Shown one piece after another: positions 15,130-23,928 of a stretch of 32,000 nucleotides of DNA (positions are counted from its first letter, which is position 1; each line of letters begins with the position of its first letter). The notes under the pieces are model-generated. The model searched no databases. It was not told where the DNA came from and saw nothing but the letters and a program-made list of their open reading frames with translations. The stretch covers positions 1 to 32,000 of the forward strand of contig JAUSKK010000040.1 of NCBI GenBank assembly GCA_030649345.1. Direction: 5' to 3'. Source of the stretch: Candidatus Iainarchaeum sp. (GTDB taxonomy: Archaea > Iainarchaeota > Iainarchaeia > Iainarchaeales > 0-14-0-20-34-12). The position numbers and the translations under genes were made by a program.

Positions 15130-16416
15130 CTAGTTCATTTTTTGGAATTGTCTTCTCAGTGCTTGGAGCCTAAAAAAAGCTCGAACTTTAGAAAATTCAT
15201 TGAAGTTTTCAACTAGTTTTAGTTCAATTAAATTATGTCTAATTTCATTTACATAATTTTCTAATTCTGCTGGTGGAATTTTAGCTTGGAGTCCAATTTC
15301 ATAATTGTCAAATCCGCGAACCATTAAATCAAAAATAGTTCTTAATGCTCTGTAATGTGTTTCAGGTCTTCCATAGGGTGTTAATGGTTTTTTTCCTGCT
15401 TCTAAAAATGCCTGGTTAATGCGTCCTTGTGTACTTTCAATCATTCGTGTTATTCCCGGCATTGAATGCATGTTAGTTCCAATCAATAATTCAGCTTCAT
15501 GACCTTGGCGTACGCGATTTTGTTCTCTGTATTCTGCAATCCTTTCGTTAACTCCTATTTTTCTAAAAATATGATCTTTGTATTTTTTCTGCAATTCTCC
15601 GCGAGTAATAATTGTGGATATTTCTTTCCACATGCTTTTTAATGTTTTTGGATTGCCTCCATAAATTTCTGCCAATCTGTAAAGAATTACATCTTCTTTA
15701 ATGCCTTTAAGTTTCATTAAACCCATTCTTAGAAATAATCGTTTATTTTTTGGTGAAAATACTGTTCTAAGTCTAACTGCACTAGTTTCTGCATCCGTAG
15801 TTTTTCCTCCGCCTGTTTTGATTCGATCCCATTCTTCTTTCGGTAATCTTTTTTTTATTCTTCTAAGACTGCTTTCTACTGCTGTTGGGCTTAGACCTGT
15901 TACTGCTGCAAGGTCAGAAATTTTTCGGCGACCTGCAGTATACATTTCAATAATTCGAGTATCTATTGGTTGCATTTCGGCCGCAACACTGCTGGCAAGT
16001 CTTTCTCTTCTTAGCTTGCCTGCATCGGCTTTTGCTTGTTTGACTCTGGCTATTTCTTTTATTCTTGCTTCTCTGGCAGCTATTCTCGTTTGTCTTCCAG
16101 CTTCTTCGTTTATTTGTGCTATTTCTCTAGCGGTTGTTCTTGTTTTAATCAATGGATCTCTGGTTTCTATTACCCTTTGTGTAGTTCTTAAAATTTCATC
16201 ATGTGAATCTAACATTTTTTGTTTGAGTTCTACTCGTGAACTAACTCCTTCTGTTATTCTCCAATGTTTGTTAAACAATGGCCGGCCTAGGCCTCTTTTG
16301 TGCATTAACTTGTAAATTTCAGCTCGTGTTTTGTTGCCTTTTAATCTCATTAATCCAATTCGATAAAAGTGCTTGTGTTGTCTTGCTTTTGAGCGAGGTC
16401 CATTTTTTTTCAGCAT
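15130..16416 (-). CDS. Orphan multi-HTH protein (two GLMxLKG modules plus two sigma-70-region-4/LuxR-like HTH modules), function unknown
   Basis: 428 aa. There is an internal duplication (FYRIGLMRLKGNKTRAEIYKL vs LFLRMGLMKLKGIKEDVILYRL). HTH-like segments are ISDLAAVTGLSPTAVESSLRRIKKRL and FDNYEIGLQAKIPPAELENYVNEIRHNL. The central Arg/Ala-rich helix uses visibly GC-richer codons than the neighbouring genes. Confidence 0.55.
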   Translation of the reverse strand: MLKKNGPRSKARQHKHFYRIGLMRLKGNKTRAEIYKLMHKRGLGRPLFNKHWRITEGVSSRVELKQKMLDSHDEILRTTQRVIETRDPLIKTRTTAREIAQINEEAGRQTRIAAREARIKEIARVKQAKADAGKLRRERLASSVAAEMQPIDTRIIEMYTAGRRKISDLAAVTGLSPTAVESSLRRIKKRLPKEEWDRIKTGGGKTTDAETSAVRLRTVFSPKNKRLFLRMGLMKLKGIKEDVILYRLAEIYGGNPKTLKSMWKEISTIITRGELQKKYKDHIFRKIGVNERIAEYREQNRVRQGHEAELLIGTNMHSMPGITRMIESTQGRINQAFLEAGKKPLTPYGRPETHYRALRTIFDLMVRGFDNYEIGLQAKIPPAELENYVNEIRHNLIELKLVENFNEFSKVRAFFRLQALRRQFQKMN

Positions 16417-16472
16417 ATTAATTGTGTGTGTTATTGGGTTAAAATATTCTTCTGAAGTTTTTGTTTATTTAG

Positions 16473-16985
16473 TTATCTGGCTAAATGAATTCTGGGTTTT
16501 TCTAAAGGTTTGCGTTTAAGTGTATGTCCTGGTTTTCTGGGAAATTTTAGAATTCTGGCTGAAGGTGTTAATCCTGTTTTTTGTTGTTTGAGTTGCCAGA
16601 TGGTTGTCGGTTTTACAAAAATTTCTGTTGCAGACTGAATTTGGATCATTCCTTTTTTTGCAAAATTTTCAACCAATTTTTTTCCTGCAGTTAAAAGTTT
16701 TGATGCGTGTAAATGAATTCCTTCATTGTGTCCGTGGCGAATTAATAATTCTTCCATGACTGCTTCAGCTGGAGTTTTTCGAAACTCATGAAAAAAGTCT
16801 GTATTCACTCGACTGTTAACATAGCCTATGCGGATGCTTTTTGGATTCATTGCTTCAAATTCCACATGGCCTAAAGCATGATCTCCTTGAGCTAATACAA
16901 TCAATTGGCCTTTAGGTAAAGTTCGCACTATTCGTATTCCGCGTTTTAAGGCAGTTTTTTCATCCAAAAATTCATATTCGCTCAT
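16473..16985 (-). CDS. Hypothetical protein with a basic C-terminal tail, upstream partner of the multi-HTH gene
   Basis: 170-aa ORF with an ATG start, on the same strand 56 nt upstream of 15130-16416. No motif recognised with confidence (a weak GNAT-like C-terminal pattern only). Confidence 0.45.
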   Translation of the reverse strand: MSEYEFLDEKTALKRGIRIVRTLPKGQLIVLAQGDHALGHVEFEAMNPKSIRIGYVNSRVNTDFFHEFRKTPAEAVMEELLIRHGHNEGIHLHASKLLTAGKKLVENFAKKGMIQIQSATEIFVKPTTIWQLKQQKTGLTPSARILKFPRKPGHTLKRKPLEKPRIHLAR

Positions 16986-17014
16986 ACTATTCTTGGAGTT
17001 CAGGCTTATACTTA

Positions 17015-17021
17015 TTTATAT
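17015..17021 (+). promoter_or_regulatory. TATA-like TTTATAT about 25 nt upstream of the alaS ATG
   Basis: Spacing is consistent with a leaderless archaeal transcript. The region is the divergent spacer shared with 16473-16985. Confidence 0.4.
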
Positions 17022-17045
17022 CTTTTTAGTTTACTTTAGTACTAT

Positions 17046-19724
17046 ATGGTCGATAAATCAGAGCTTAGAATTCAGTTTGCCAAAGAATGGGAAAAACATT
17101 ACAAAGTCCGCTTTTTGGTAGACACTGGTTTTGTTCGCAAACAATGTTTGAATTGCAAAAAACATTTTTGGACTTTAGACACGAATAGAACAGTTTGTGC
17201 TGACTCGAATTGTTTTGGTTATGAATTTATTGGCAAGCCAACCAAGAAATTGGATTATGTTCAGACTTGGAAAGAGATTGAAAAATACTTTAATAAAAAT
17301 GACCATGTAAGTATTCCGCGTTATCCGGTTGTGTGCAGATGGAGAGATGATTTATATTTTACGAATGCAAGCATTATTGATTTCCAGCCGTATGTGGTTA
17401 CAGGCGAAATTGAACCTCCAGCCAATCCTTTAATTGTGCCTCAGCATTGTTTGCGTTTTGGAGATATTGAAAATGTAGGAGTAACTGGAAGACATTATTC
17501 GGGTTTTGTTATGTTTGGCCAGCATGCTTTTAATTCAGAAAAAACAGGTTTATTTTATTGGAAAAATGAAGCCTTAGAACATGACTTTAATTATCTTACA
17601 AAAATTTTGGGTGCAAAAAAAGAAGACATTACTTTTATTGAAGATGTATGGGCTGGCGGTGGAACCTTTGGCCCAAGTATTGAATATTGTGTGAATGGAA
17701 TTGAGTTAGGAAATTGTGTGTTCATGCAATTCAAAGAAACCGAAAATGGAAAATACGAAGAATTGAAAACCAAAGTCATTGACATGGGCGCAGGCTTAGA
17801 AAGATTGGCTTGGTTTACGAATGGTACTCCCACTAGTTATGATATTACGTTTGAAACTGTTTTGAAAAAAATGAAAGCACGTTCTGGAATTAAACCAGAT
17901 ATGAAATTGTTTGAAAAATATGCGAAAGTTTCCGGAATTTTAGACGTAGAATCTCAGGCTGTAAAACAAGAACGAGAATTGATTGCCAAAAAATTAGGCG
18001 TAGACGAAAAAGAATTATTTGATATGCTTAGACCCATGCAAGCCATGTATGCGTGTGCAGATCATTTGAAAACAATCTTATATGCAGTCACAGATGGAAT
18101 GCTGCCCAGCAATTCCGGCGGCGGTTACAATATTCGAATGCTGGTGCGCCGAGTTTTAGGTTTTAATCAAGAATTTAATTTGAATTTAGATTATGCCGAA
18201 ATAATTTCCGAGCATGCCAAGTTTTTGGAAGACTTTGATGATTCTTTGTTAGATATGGTTCCAACTACTGTGGATGTTTTGGAGGAAGAAATTAAAAAAT
18301 ATTCTAAAAGCCGAGAACAAGGAACTAAAAAGCTTGAAAGTTTGTTCAAAAAACCAGAGCAATTGACGGAGAAAAAATTAATGGAATTGTATGAAAGTGA
18401 TGGCATTCCAATAGAGTTTGTGGAAGAGCAAGCTAAACGACAAAAAATTCCTGTACGTATTCCGGAAAATTTTTATGGAAATATTGCTTTAAAGAATGAA
18501 ATTCAAAAAGAAAAAATAAAAATGGTGTACTCTGAATTTAATTATCCGAAAACCAAAGAATTGTTTTACGAAGACCAATACTTAACGAATTGCACTGCAC
18601 AAGTTTTAGGTGTTTTAGATAATTCTGTAATTTTAGATCAAACTATTTTGTATCCAGAAGGCGGAGGTCAAGATTGTGACTTGGGTTTCATTAATGAAAT
18701 TAAAGTTTTAGATGTTCAAAGAAAAGAAGGAATTATTTTACACTTGGTTGAAAAACCTGAGAAATTTAAAAAAGGTCAAAAAGTCACAGTTGAATTGGAT
18801 GTTCCTAGACGAAAAGCATTGATGTTTCATCATTCTGCAACTCACTTAATTAATGCTGCCTGTAAGCATGTTTTGGGTCCGCATGTATGGCAAGCTGGAG
18901 CGCACAAAAAAGTAGATGAAGCCCATTTAGACATTACTCATTACAGGCATGTAACTGATGAAGAATTGGAGCGAATTGAACGCATGGCCAATGAATTGGT
19001 TCAAAAAGATTTAAAAGTAAAAATTGATTTTATTCCACGCAATAAAGCCGAAGAAGCTCATGGTTTTGGTTTATATCAAGGCGGATATGTTCCTGGAAAA
19101 ACTTTACGGGTTGTAAACATGCAGGATCAAAGCATTGAAGCTTGTGGCGGAACCCATGTAGGACACACTGCTGAAGTTGGTTTAATTAAGATTGTGAAAC
19201 GTGAAAGCAAACAAGATGGAATTGAACGCTTGACTTTTGTGGCTGGCTTGGCTGCTTTAAGTAAATGGCAGGAACAAGAACGTTGGTTGAAAAAGTCTGC
19301 AGAAAATTTAGCTGTGCCAGTACATGATTTGCCGAAAGCTACGCAAAGATTTTTTGAAGAATGGAAAGACTTCAAAAAGAAATCTAGAAATTTAAGTGAA
19401 AAATTATTGGATGTTCAAGCTCAAGAAATAAGCGAATCTAAAGAAGTTGTGGTTCAGAAATATTTGGAAGATATTGATTCAGATTTGTTGTTTGATTTGG
19501 GTTTAAAAATTATTGAAAAAAATCCAAAAAAACATTTGATTTTGGGCGCTGGTTCTTTTTTGGTTATTGCTTGCGGGAAAGATTCTGGGAAAAATGCAAA
19601 TTTAGAACTCCAGAATTATTTGAAGAAACTAGGTGGAAAAGGCGGAGGAAGTCCATTAATTGCAAGAGCTCAAATAGACAGTGCTGAAAAATTAAGGCAG
19701 TTCTTTTTAAACAAAACTAATTAA
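17046..19724 (+). CDS. alaS: Alanyl-tRNA synthetase, archaeal type
   Basis: 892 aa. The archaeal N-terminus is present (FLVDTGFVRKQCLNCKKHFWTLD...CFGYEFIG), along with YPVVCRWRDD, WAGGGTFGP, the editing-domain HHSATH and CGGTH motifs, and RFFEEWKD. Confidence 0.95.
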   Translation: MVDKSELRIQFAKEWEKHYKVRFLVDTGFVRKQCLNCKKHFWTLDTNRTVCADSNCFGYEFIGKPTKKLDYVQTWKEIEKYFNKNDHVSIPRYPVVCRWRDDLYFTNASIIDFQPYVVTGEIEPPANPLIVPQHCLRFGDIENVGVTGRHYSGFVMFGQHAFNSEKTGLFYWKNEALEHDFNYLTKILGAKKEDITFIEDVWAGGGTFGPSIEYCVNGIELGNCVFMQFKETENGKYEELKTKVIDMGAGLERLAWFTNGTPTSYDITFETVLKKMKARSGIKPDMKLFEKYAKVSGILDVESQAVKQERELIAKKLGVDEKELFDMLRPMQAMYACADHLKTILYAVTDGMLPSNSGGGYNIRMLVRRVLGFNQEFNLNLDYAEIISEHAKFLEDFDDSLLDMVPTTVDVLEEEIKKYSKSREQGTKKLESLFKKPEQLTEKKLMELYESDGIPIEFVEEQAKRQKIPVRIPENFYGNIALKNEIQKEKIKMVYSEFNYPKTKELFYEDQYLTNCTAQVLGVLDNSVILDQTILYPEGGGQDCDLGFINEIKVLDVQRKEGIILHLVEKPEKFKKGQKVTVELDVPRRKALMFHHSATHLINAACKHVLGPHVWQAGAHKKVDEAHLDITHYRHVTDEELERIERMANELVQKDLKVKIDFIPRNKAEEAHGFGLYQGGYVPGKTLRVVNMQDQSIEACGGTHVGHTAEVGLIKIVKRESKQDGIERLTFVAGLAALSKWQEQERWLKKSAENLAVPVHDLPKATQRFFEEWKDFKKKSRNLSEKLLDVQAQEISESKEVVVQKYLEDIDSDLLFDLGLKIIEKNPKKHLILGAGSFLVIACGKDSGKNANLELQNYLKKLGGKGGGSPLIARAQIDSAEKLRQFFLNKTN

Positions 19725-19757
19725 GCTTCTTTATCTGTGTATAAAGGTCTTTTATGG

Positions 19758-19815
19758 GTATGTTACTCATTTTAGTATGTTACTCATTGCTTTTTAAATA
19801 TTTCTGAGTAACATA
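19758..19815 (+). promoter_or_regulatory. Three copies of TATGTTACTCA (two direct at 19759-19769 and 19776-19786, one inverted at 19805-19815) bracketing a TATA-like TTTAAATA (19793-19800) upstream of the Fic gene
   Basis: Exact 11-mers read directly. The 14-mer GTATGTTACTCATT is repeated at 19758-19771 and 19775-19788. The ATG at 19822 lies about 22 nt after the TATA-like box. Confidence 0.55.
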
Positions 19816-19821
19816 TTTTGT

Positions 19822-20751
19822 ATGGTTTATTTGGCAAAACGTTTGCAAGCGAAAAAGACATACTATTACTTGGTGGAGAATATTCCTCTGGGTTCTGGAA
19901 AGCGTAAGCAATTGCGTGCTTATCTTGGAAATGAGAAACCTTCTGAGTTAATTTTGCGGCATTTAATGAAACAATTTGAAGCACAAGTTGAACAAGAACA
20001 ATACAAATTGCATGGATTTCATTATTTGACTTCGGATGAAATTAAAGAAACGGATAAAATTAACCGCGAATTTTGGGCAAGGTACAATTCAGTGAATGAA
20101 GTTGTCCAAGAACAATTTGATGAAAATTTTGTCATTACTTTTGTTCATAATACAAATTCAATTGAAGGTTCAACTTTAACACCCAAAGAAGTTGCCTTGT
20201 TGTTAACTGAAAATATTGCACCCAATAAACCTTTGGATGATGTATTGGAAGCAAAAGCAGGGCAAAAAACACTTAATTTTGTAAAAGAGCACACTGGGAA
20301 CTTTAATGAAGAATTTTTGTTAAAGATTCATGAAATGTATTTTAAAGAAACCAAGCCCAGTATTGCTGGAGCATACAAAAAATATGCAAACTATATTCGA
20401 ACATCTGCATTTCAGCTTACCGCACCAGAATTAGTTCCTAAAGAACTGAACGATTATTTTAATGAATATGAAAAATTAAGCAAGCAATTGCATCCATTGG
20501 AATTAGCAGCTTGGGCTCACTGGAAATTGGTGCGAATTCATCCATTTCAAGATGGCAATGGAAGAGCAGCCAGAATTGTAATGAACTATATTTTGCACAG
20601 ACAAGGTTACGGTATGATTGATATTCAAACCAAAGAAAAACAGGTCTATTTTAAAACTTTGGAAAAATGCAATTACAATAACAATGCCCGAGCACTTGCA
20701 GTTCGTTTAGTCCGAAGATTCAAAAAACAATACCAAAACGCATTCAAGTAA
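19822..20751 (+). CDS. fic: Fic-domain protein (AMPylase family), class II with an internal inhibitory motif
   Basis: Canonical Fic motif HPFQDGNGRAAR, with an upstream TNSIEG matching (S/T)xxxE(G/N). 309 aa. Confidence 0.85.
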   Translation: MVYLAKRLQAKKTYYYLVENIPLGSGKRKQLRAYLGNEKPSELILRHLMKQFEAQVEQEQYKLHGFHYLTSDEIKETDKINREFWARYNSVNEVVQEQFDENFVITFVHNTNSIEGSTLTPKEVALLLTENIAPNKPLDDVLEAKAGQKTLNFVKEHTGNFNEEFLLKIHEMYFKETKPSIAGAYKKYANYIRTSAFQLTAPELVPKELNDYFNEYEKLSKQLHPLELAAWAHWKLVRIHPFQDGNGRAARIVMNYILHRQGYGMIDIQTKEKQVYFKTLEKCNYNNNARALAVRLVRRFKKQYQNAFK

Positions 20752-20794
20752 GATAAGACAGTTTTTTTAATTCAGTAAGATACTAACTTAGTGT

Positions 20795-21406
20795 ATGTCT
20801 TTTTTAAAATCTCTAGACAAATTTTTAGCTGGTCAAAGTTCTTTGAGTTGGGGTCGAAAAAAGGCTTTGGATGATTTTCGCAAAAAAGCTTTGCTGGCTT
20901 TAGAGCGATTGCAAAAAACTGCTAAATCTAATTTAGATAAACAATTGTTTGCTCAAATGGCGTACAATATCAAAACTGTTCCTTTAATGTTTTATCATCG
21001 AAAAGCTTTGCGCGTAAACCCTTGGGAAGGAAGTGTAACTCAAGGAGAACATGTGCGTTCGTTTGATTTGCTGCAAAAAGGTTCGCAAAAATTTGTAATC
21101 AAAAAAGACTACATTAATTTGCCAGCCGAGCATGTGTTTTACAATGATAATCTTTCTTTGAATGGAATTTTTACTTTATGTCACGAGTATGGTCATTTTC
21201 CAAAGCCTTTGCTGTTGCTGTTTGCTGCTAAAAATGGTTTAAGTGAAGAACAAGGAGAAGAATTGTTGGCTGATATTTTGAGTGCAAAGTTATCGATTGC
21301 CATGGGTTTTCCTTTAGAACGTATAATGTCTCATTTTTCTGGAAGAGAAATAGTGTACGGTTATTTTCCATTCAGGCAATATATTTTGGAGTCTTTAAAA
21401 TTGTAA
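20795..21406 (+). CDS. Putative HExxH zinc metallopeptidase (ImmA/IrrE-like pattern)
   Basis: 203 aa. LCHEYGH is followed about 20 aa later by EELLADILSAKL..GFP, resembling HExxH...E..AN.FA..LL.P. It lies 43 nt downstream of fic on the same strand. Confidence 0.45.
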   Translation: MSFLKSLDKFLAGQSSLSWGRKKALDDFRKKALLALERLQKTAKSNLDKQLFAQMAYNIKTVPLMFYHRKALRVNPWEGSVTQGEHVRSFDLLQKGSQKFVIKKDYINLPAEHVFYNDNLSLNGIFTLCHEYGHFPKPLLLLFAAKNGLSEEQGEELLADILSAKLSIAMGFPLERIMSHFSGREIVYGYFPFRQYILESLKL

Positions 21407-21411
21407 TTTGT

Positions 21412-21570
21412 TTAAATTTCAAACAAATCACCTGCATTGTCTCCTTCTTCTATCAGCCGCTTAAGGGTATAGGCTCTTAAAGGGTTTTTCTGCATTTTTG
21501 CTTCCAATGCTTTCTGTACAATGGCCTGCCTTGCAATTATCATCCATTTGATTCTCTTAGGTTCTTTCAT
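21412..21570 (-). CDS. Possible small ORF (52 aa) convergent with the HExxH gene
   Basis: ATG at 21570 to TAA at 21412-21414: MKEPKRIKWMIIARQAIVQKALEAKMQKNPLRAYTLKRLIEEGDNAGDLFEI. It is below the track threshold and fills most of an otherwise empty 250-bp spacer. No motif recognised. Confidence 0.3.
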   Translation of the reverse strand: MKEPKRIKWMIIARQAIVQKALEAKMQKNPLRAYTLKRLIEEGDNAGDLFEI

Positions 21571-21656
21571 AATCTTGTAGTGGCTAATTTTGTTTAAACT
21601 TTCTAGAACTTCTTTTGTGGATATGTTTATAAACTAGAAAACTGTTTTTTTTTTAC

Positions 21657-22721
21657 ATGGGTTTTTTTGATTCAATTCAAGATACAGGTTCTTTGCTGAA
21701 AAATACCTTTAAGATTATTGCCAAAAATCCAGCTATTTTCAAGCCAACTTTGGCTCAGATTTTTTTGGGTTGTTTGTTTTATTTGTTTGTAGTTTTAGGT
21801 CTTTTAGGAATATTCTATGCTTCGGGTGCAATTCAATATTTTTCAATTCTTGCATTTTTCTTTTTTTTGTTTTTGTTATTACTTATTTTTCCTTTCATTA
21901 AAATGTACTATAAGGCAGCTCAATGCTGGATTGTGTACACAACATTTACTGGAAAACCGGATACTTCCTATTCTGCTGGAATTACCAGAGCGCGAAAAAA
22001 TAAAAAAGACATTTTTTTGTTAGCTGTTTTCGATATTTTATTGAACTTGGTTGCCAATAAATTGAAGCAAGGAACAAATAAAGGCGGTTTATGGATTATT
22101 GTAAATATTGCAATGTTTTTTTTAGGAAAATTGGTGGAAGAAGGCTGGGATTTGGTTTCGCATTTTTTATTGCCAGCTTCCATTATTCAAGAAAAAAGCG
22201 TTATGCAGACTGTTCCTGAACTTAAAAATATTAAAAATAATGTCACCGGTGCGTTGGCTGGAGTTTTGGGTATTGATTTTGTGGGAGATGTTGTCCGCGG
22301 TTACATTACAAGCTTGTTGATTGTGTTGGTTTTGCTGAGTGTGGGAATTGGATTCTTTTTTAAGAACTGGATTTTAGCTTTTATTATAATTTTTTTAGTA
22401 ATTGGATTTAATTTGGTTTTGAAAATTCTTGTAGACATGATCAAGCTGGTGTATTTTACTTTATTTTATATTTCGGTGACCATGCCTTTGGAGATTCCAG
22501 AACAAGACAGAGTAGAAGTTACAAAATATTTATTGCATCAATCCAGTGCAAACACTGGAAAGCCTACTGAAACTATGGATGGAAAAGCAAACAAATTATT
22601 GCCGTATCTTTCACAGTACAAAAAGCAAGGTTATGATAATGAAAAGATTAAATCTTTTTTAGTGAAAAGCGGCTGGCCGGAAGAAGCTATTGATTTGGCT
22701 TTTAAAAAATTTAAGGAGTGA
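21657..22721 (+). CDS. Multi-pass membrane protein with a small soluble C-terminal helical domain, function unknown
   Basis: 354 aa with several long hydrophobic segments. The C-terminus is GYDNEKIKSFLVKSGWPEEAIDLAFKKF. A TATA-like TTTATAAA lies about 30 nt upstream. Confidence 0.6.
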   Translation: MGFFDSIQDTGSLLKNTFKIIAKNPAIFKPTLAQIFLGCLFYLFVVLGLLGIFYASGAIQYFSILAFFFFLFLLLLIFPFIKMYYKAAQCWIVYTTFTGKPDTSYSAGITRARKNKKDIFLLAVFDILLNLVANKLKQGTNKGGLWIIVNIAMFFLGKLVEEGWDLVSHFLLPASIIQEKSVMQTVPELKNIKNNVTGALAGVLGIDFVGDVVRGYITSLLIVLVLLSVGIGFFFKNWILAFIIIFLVIGFNLVLKILVDMIKLVYFTLFYISVTMPLEIPEQDRVEVTKYLLHQSSANTGKPTETMDGKANKLLPYLSQYKKQGYDNEKIKSFLVKSGWPEEAIDLAFKKFKE

Positions 22722-22725
22722 ACGT

Positions 22726-23181
22726 ATGTTTGGATTGGGAGACACAAAAATCGAAATTCAATTGGATAAATTTAATTTTAAACCCGGAGAAACCATTGAA
22801 GGCACTGTTTCTTTGAAAGCCAAAAAACCAGTGAAAGCCAAAGGAATTAATATTACTTTTTTTGGAGAAAAAAGAGTTTCTAGTATGAGTGCTGGGCGAA
22901 GTTCTTCGAGTGTTCGAAGAGTGTTTGAATTCAAACAGCCTTTGGATGGAGAAAAAGAATATGTTTCTGGAGAAAATCCTTTGGTGTATCCGTTCAAAAT
23001 TGTTATTCCATCTGACTTGTTGAATACTCAAAAAGCACCGGAGGGAAATATGGGTGCAGTATTGCAGGGAATTCAGTTTTTGACAGGAAACGCAGGTCCA
23101 ACCAATTGGTATCTTCAAGCTAATTTGGATATTTCTATGGGTTTGGATGTAACTAAAAAAGTTCAAATTAATCTTGTTTAA
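22726..23181 (+). CDS. Spo0M/arrestin-N-like beta-sandwich protein
   Basis: ATG 22726 is preceded by AAGGAG (the track start TTG 22690 overlaps the upstream gene). IEIQLDKFNFKPGETIEGTVSLKAKKPVKAKGINITFFGEKR matches the Spo0M/arrestin-N pattern. Confidence 0.55.
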   Translation: MFGLGDTKIEIQLDKFNFKPGETIEGTVSLKAKKPVKAKGINITFFGEKRVSSMSAGRSSSSVRRVFEFKQPLDGEKEYVSGENPLVYPFKIVIPSDLLNTQKAPEGNMGAVLQGIQFLTGNAGPTNWYLQANLDISMGLDVTKKVQINLV

Positions 23182-23184
23182 AAA

Positions 23185-23265
23185 TTTTGGAGCTGATAAA
23201 ATGAATTTGAAAAAAAATAATTTTTTGTTAATTGTTTTAATTGCAATTATTGTAAGTGGGTGTAC
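23185..23265 (+). repeat. 81-nt block (RBS region + signal peptide + lipobox), about 93% identical to 23848-23928
   Basis: Aligned by eye with about 6 mismatches in 81 nt. The rest of the two genes is far more diverged. Confidence 0.8.
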
Positions 23266-23830
23266 GGGTAGTTATAAAGGCTCGACTGGAAGCAGCCAGT
23301 CCAATGGGAACGATGGTTCAGCTGCGAATGCTTCCAATCAAGGAACTGCAGTTAATGGAGTGCTGGATTGCGGAGCTGATATGTCTTGTTTTTCTGAAGC
23401 AGCTAGTACGTGTACGCCTGCTAAGGTTCAATGGCTACTAACCAGTCAAGGAACTGGATCAGCCCCTGCAGTAGGAACTTTGCAGACAGTTACGTATTAT
23501 TCTGAATTAAGTCAAAAAAAAGATACTACTTGTAAATATTATCAGGAAGGAAAAAGCGTACTTGTAAAATTTACTGATGAAAAAAAACAAAGTATGTTAG
23601 CGTCTGGTAAAACTGAAGCAGAGGTTGCTGCTGAAGAAGTGCAAGTGCAGGAAGATTATAGCAAATCTTTTAATCCGTTTCCAATTTCATGCCGATTTGA
23701 AGACAGCAAACTGGTTGAACTGCTTGCAAAATGGGAGAATGGAAATTTGACCCTAGCGGATTTTGCTGGTTGTAGCCCAGGAAATGTTGATGTCTCTAAG
23801 TTGTCTGTGAAGCGATCCTTTAACGGATAA
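23201..23830 (+). CDS. Lipobox lipoprotein, Cys-containing, paralog A
   Basis: MNLKKNNFLLIVLIAIIVSGCTGS. Blocks shared with paralog B: NGV.DCGAD..CFS.AA..CTP.KV, TCKYYQ, SGKTEAE, SCRFE..KLVELL..W..GN, GNVDVS. Confidence 0.7.
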   Translation: MNLKKNNFLLIVLIAIIVSGCTGSYKGSTGSSQSNGNDGSAANASNQGTAVNGVLDCGADMSCFSEAASTCTPAKVQWLLTSQGTGSAPAVGTLQTVTYYSELSQKKDTTCKYYQEGKSVLVKFTDEKKQSMLASGKTEAEVAAEEVQVQEDYSKSFNPFPISCRFEDSKLVELLAKWENGNLTLADFAGCSPGNVDVSKLSVKRSFNG

Positions 23831-23847
23831 AAAATGAACTCAAAATT

Positions 23848-23928
23848 TTTTGGAGTTGATGAAATGAATTTGAAAAAAAATAATTTTTTGTTAATTGCTT
23901 TGATTGCAATTATTGTAAGTGGTTGTAC
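23848..23928 (+). repeat. Second copy of the 81-nt 5' block
   Basis: See 23185-23265. Confidence 0.8.

Noticed and set aside
15701-16315. 204-aa plus-strand ORF
   Set aside because: It is antisense to the 428-aa gene. It is Leu/Ser/Ile-rich, as expected from the reverse complement of a Lys/Glu/Arg-rich gene, and has no start context.
17591-19375. Minus-strand ORFs 17591-17833, 18191-18406 and 19127-19375
   Set aside because: All are antisense to alaS.
19784-19984. 66-aa minus-strand ORF over the Fic start region
   Set aside because: It overlaps the Fic N-terminus and the operator repeats, and shows no supporting signals.
21817-22183. ORFs 21817-22023 (+) and 21968-22183 (-)
   Set aside because: They are out of frame or antisense within the polytopic membrane protein gene.
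22711-23166. Minus-strand ORFs 22711-23166 and 22758-22997
   Set aside because: They are antisense to the Spo0M/arrestin-like gene, which has an AAGGAG RBS and a recognisable family pattern. The antisense products are low-complexity.
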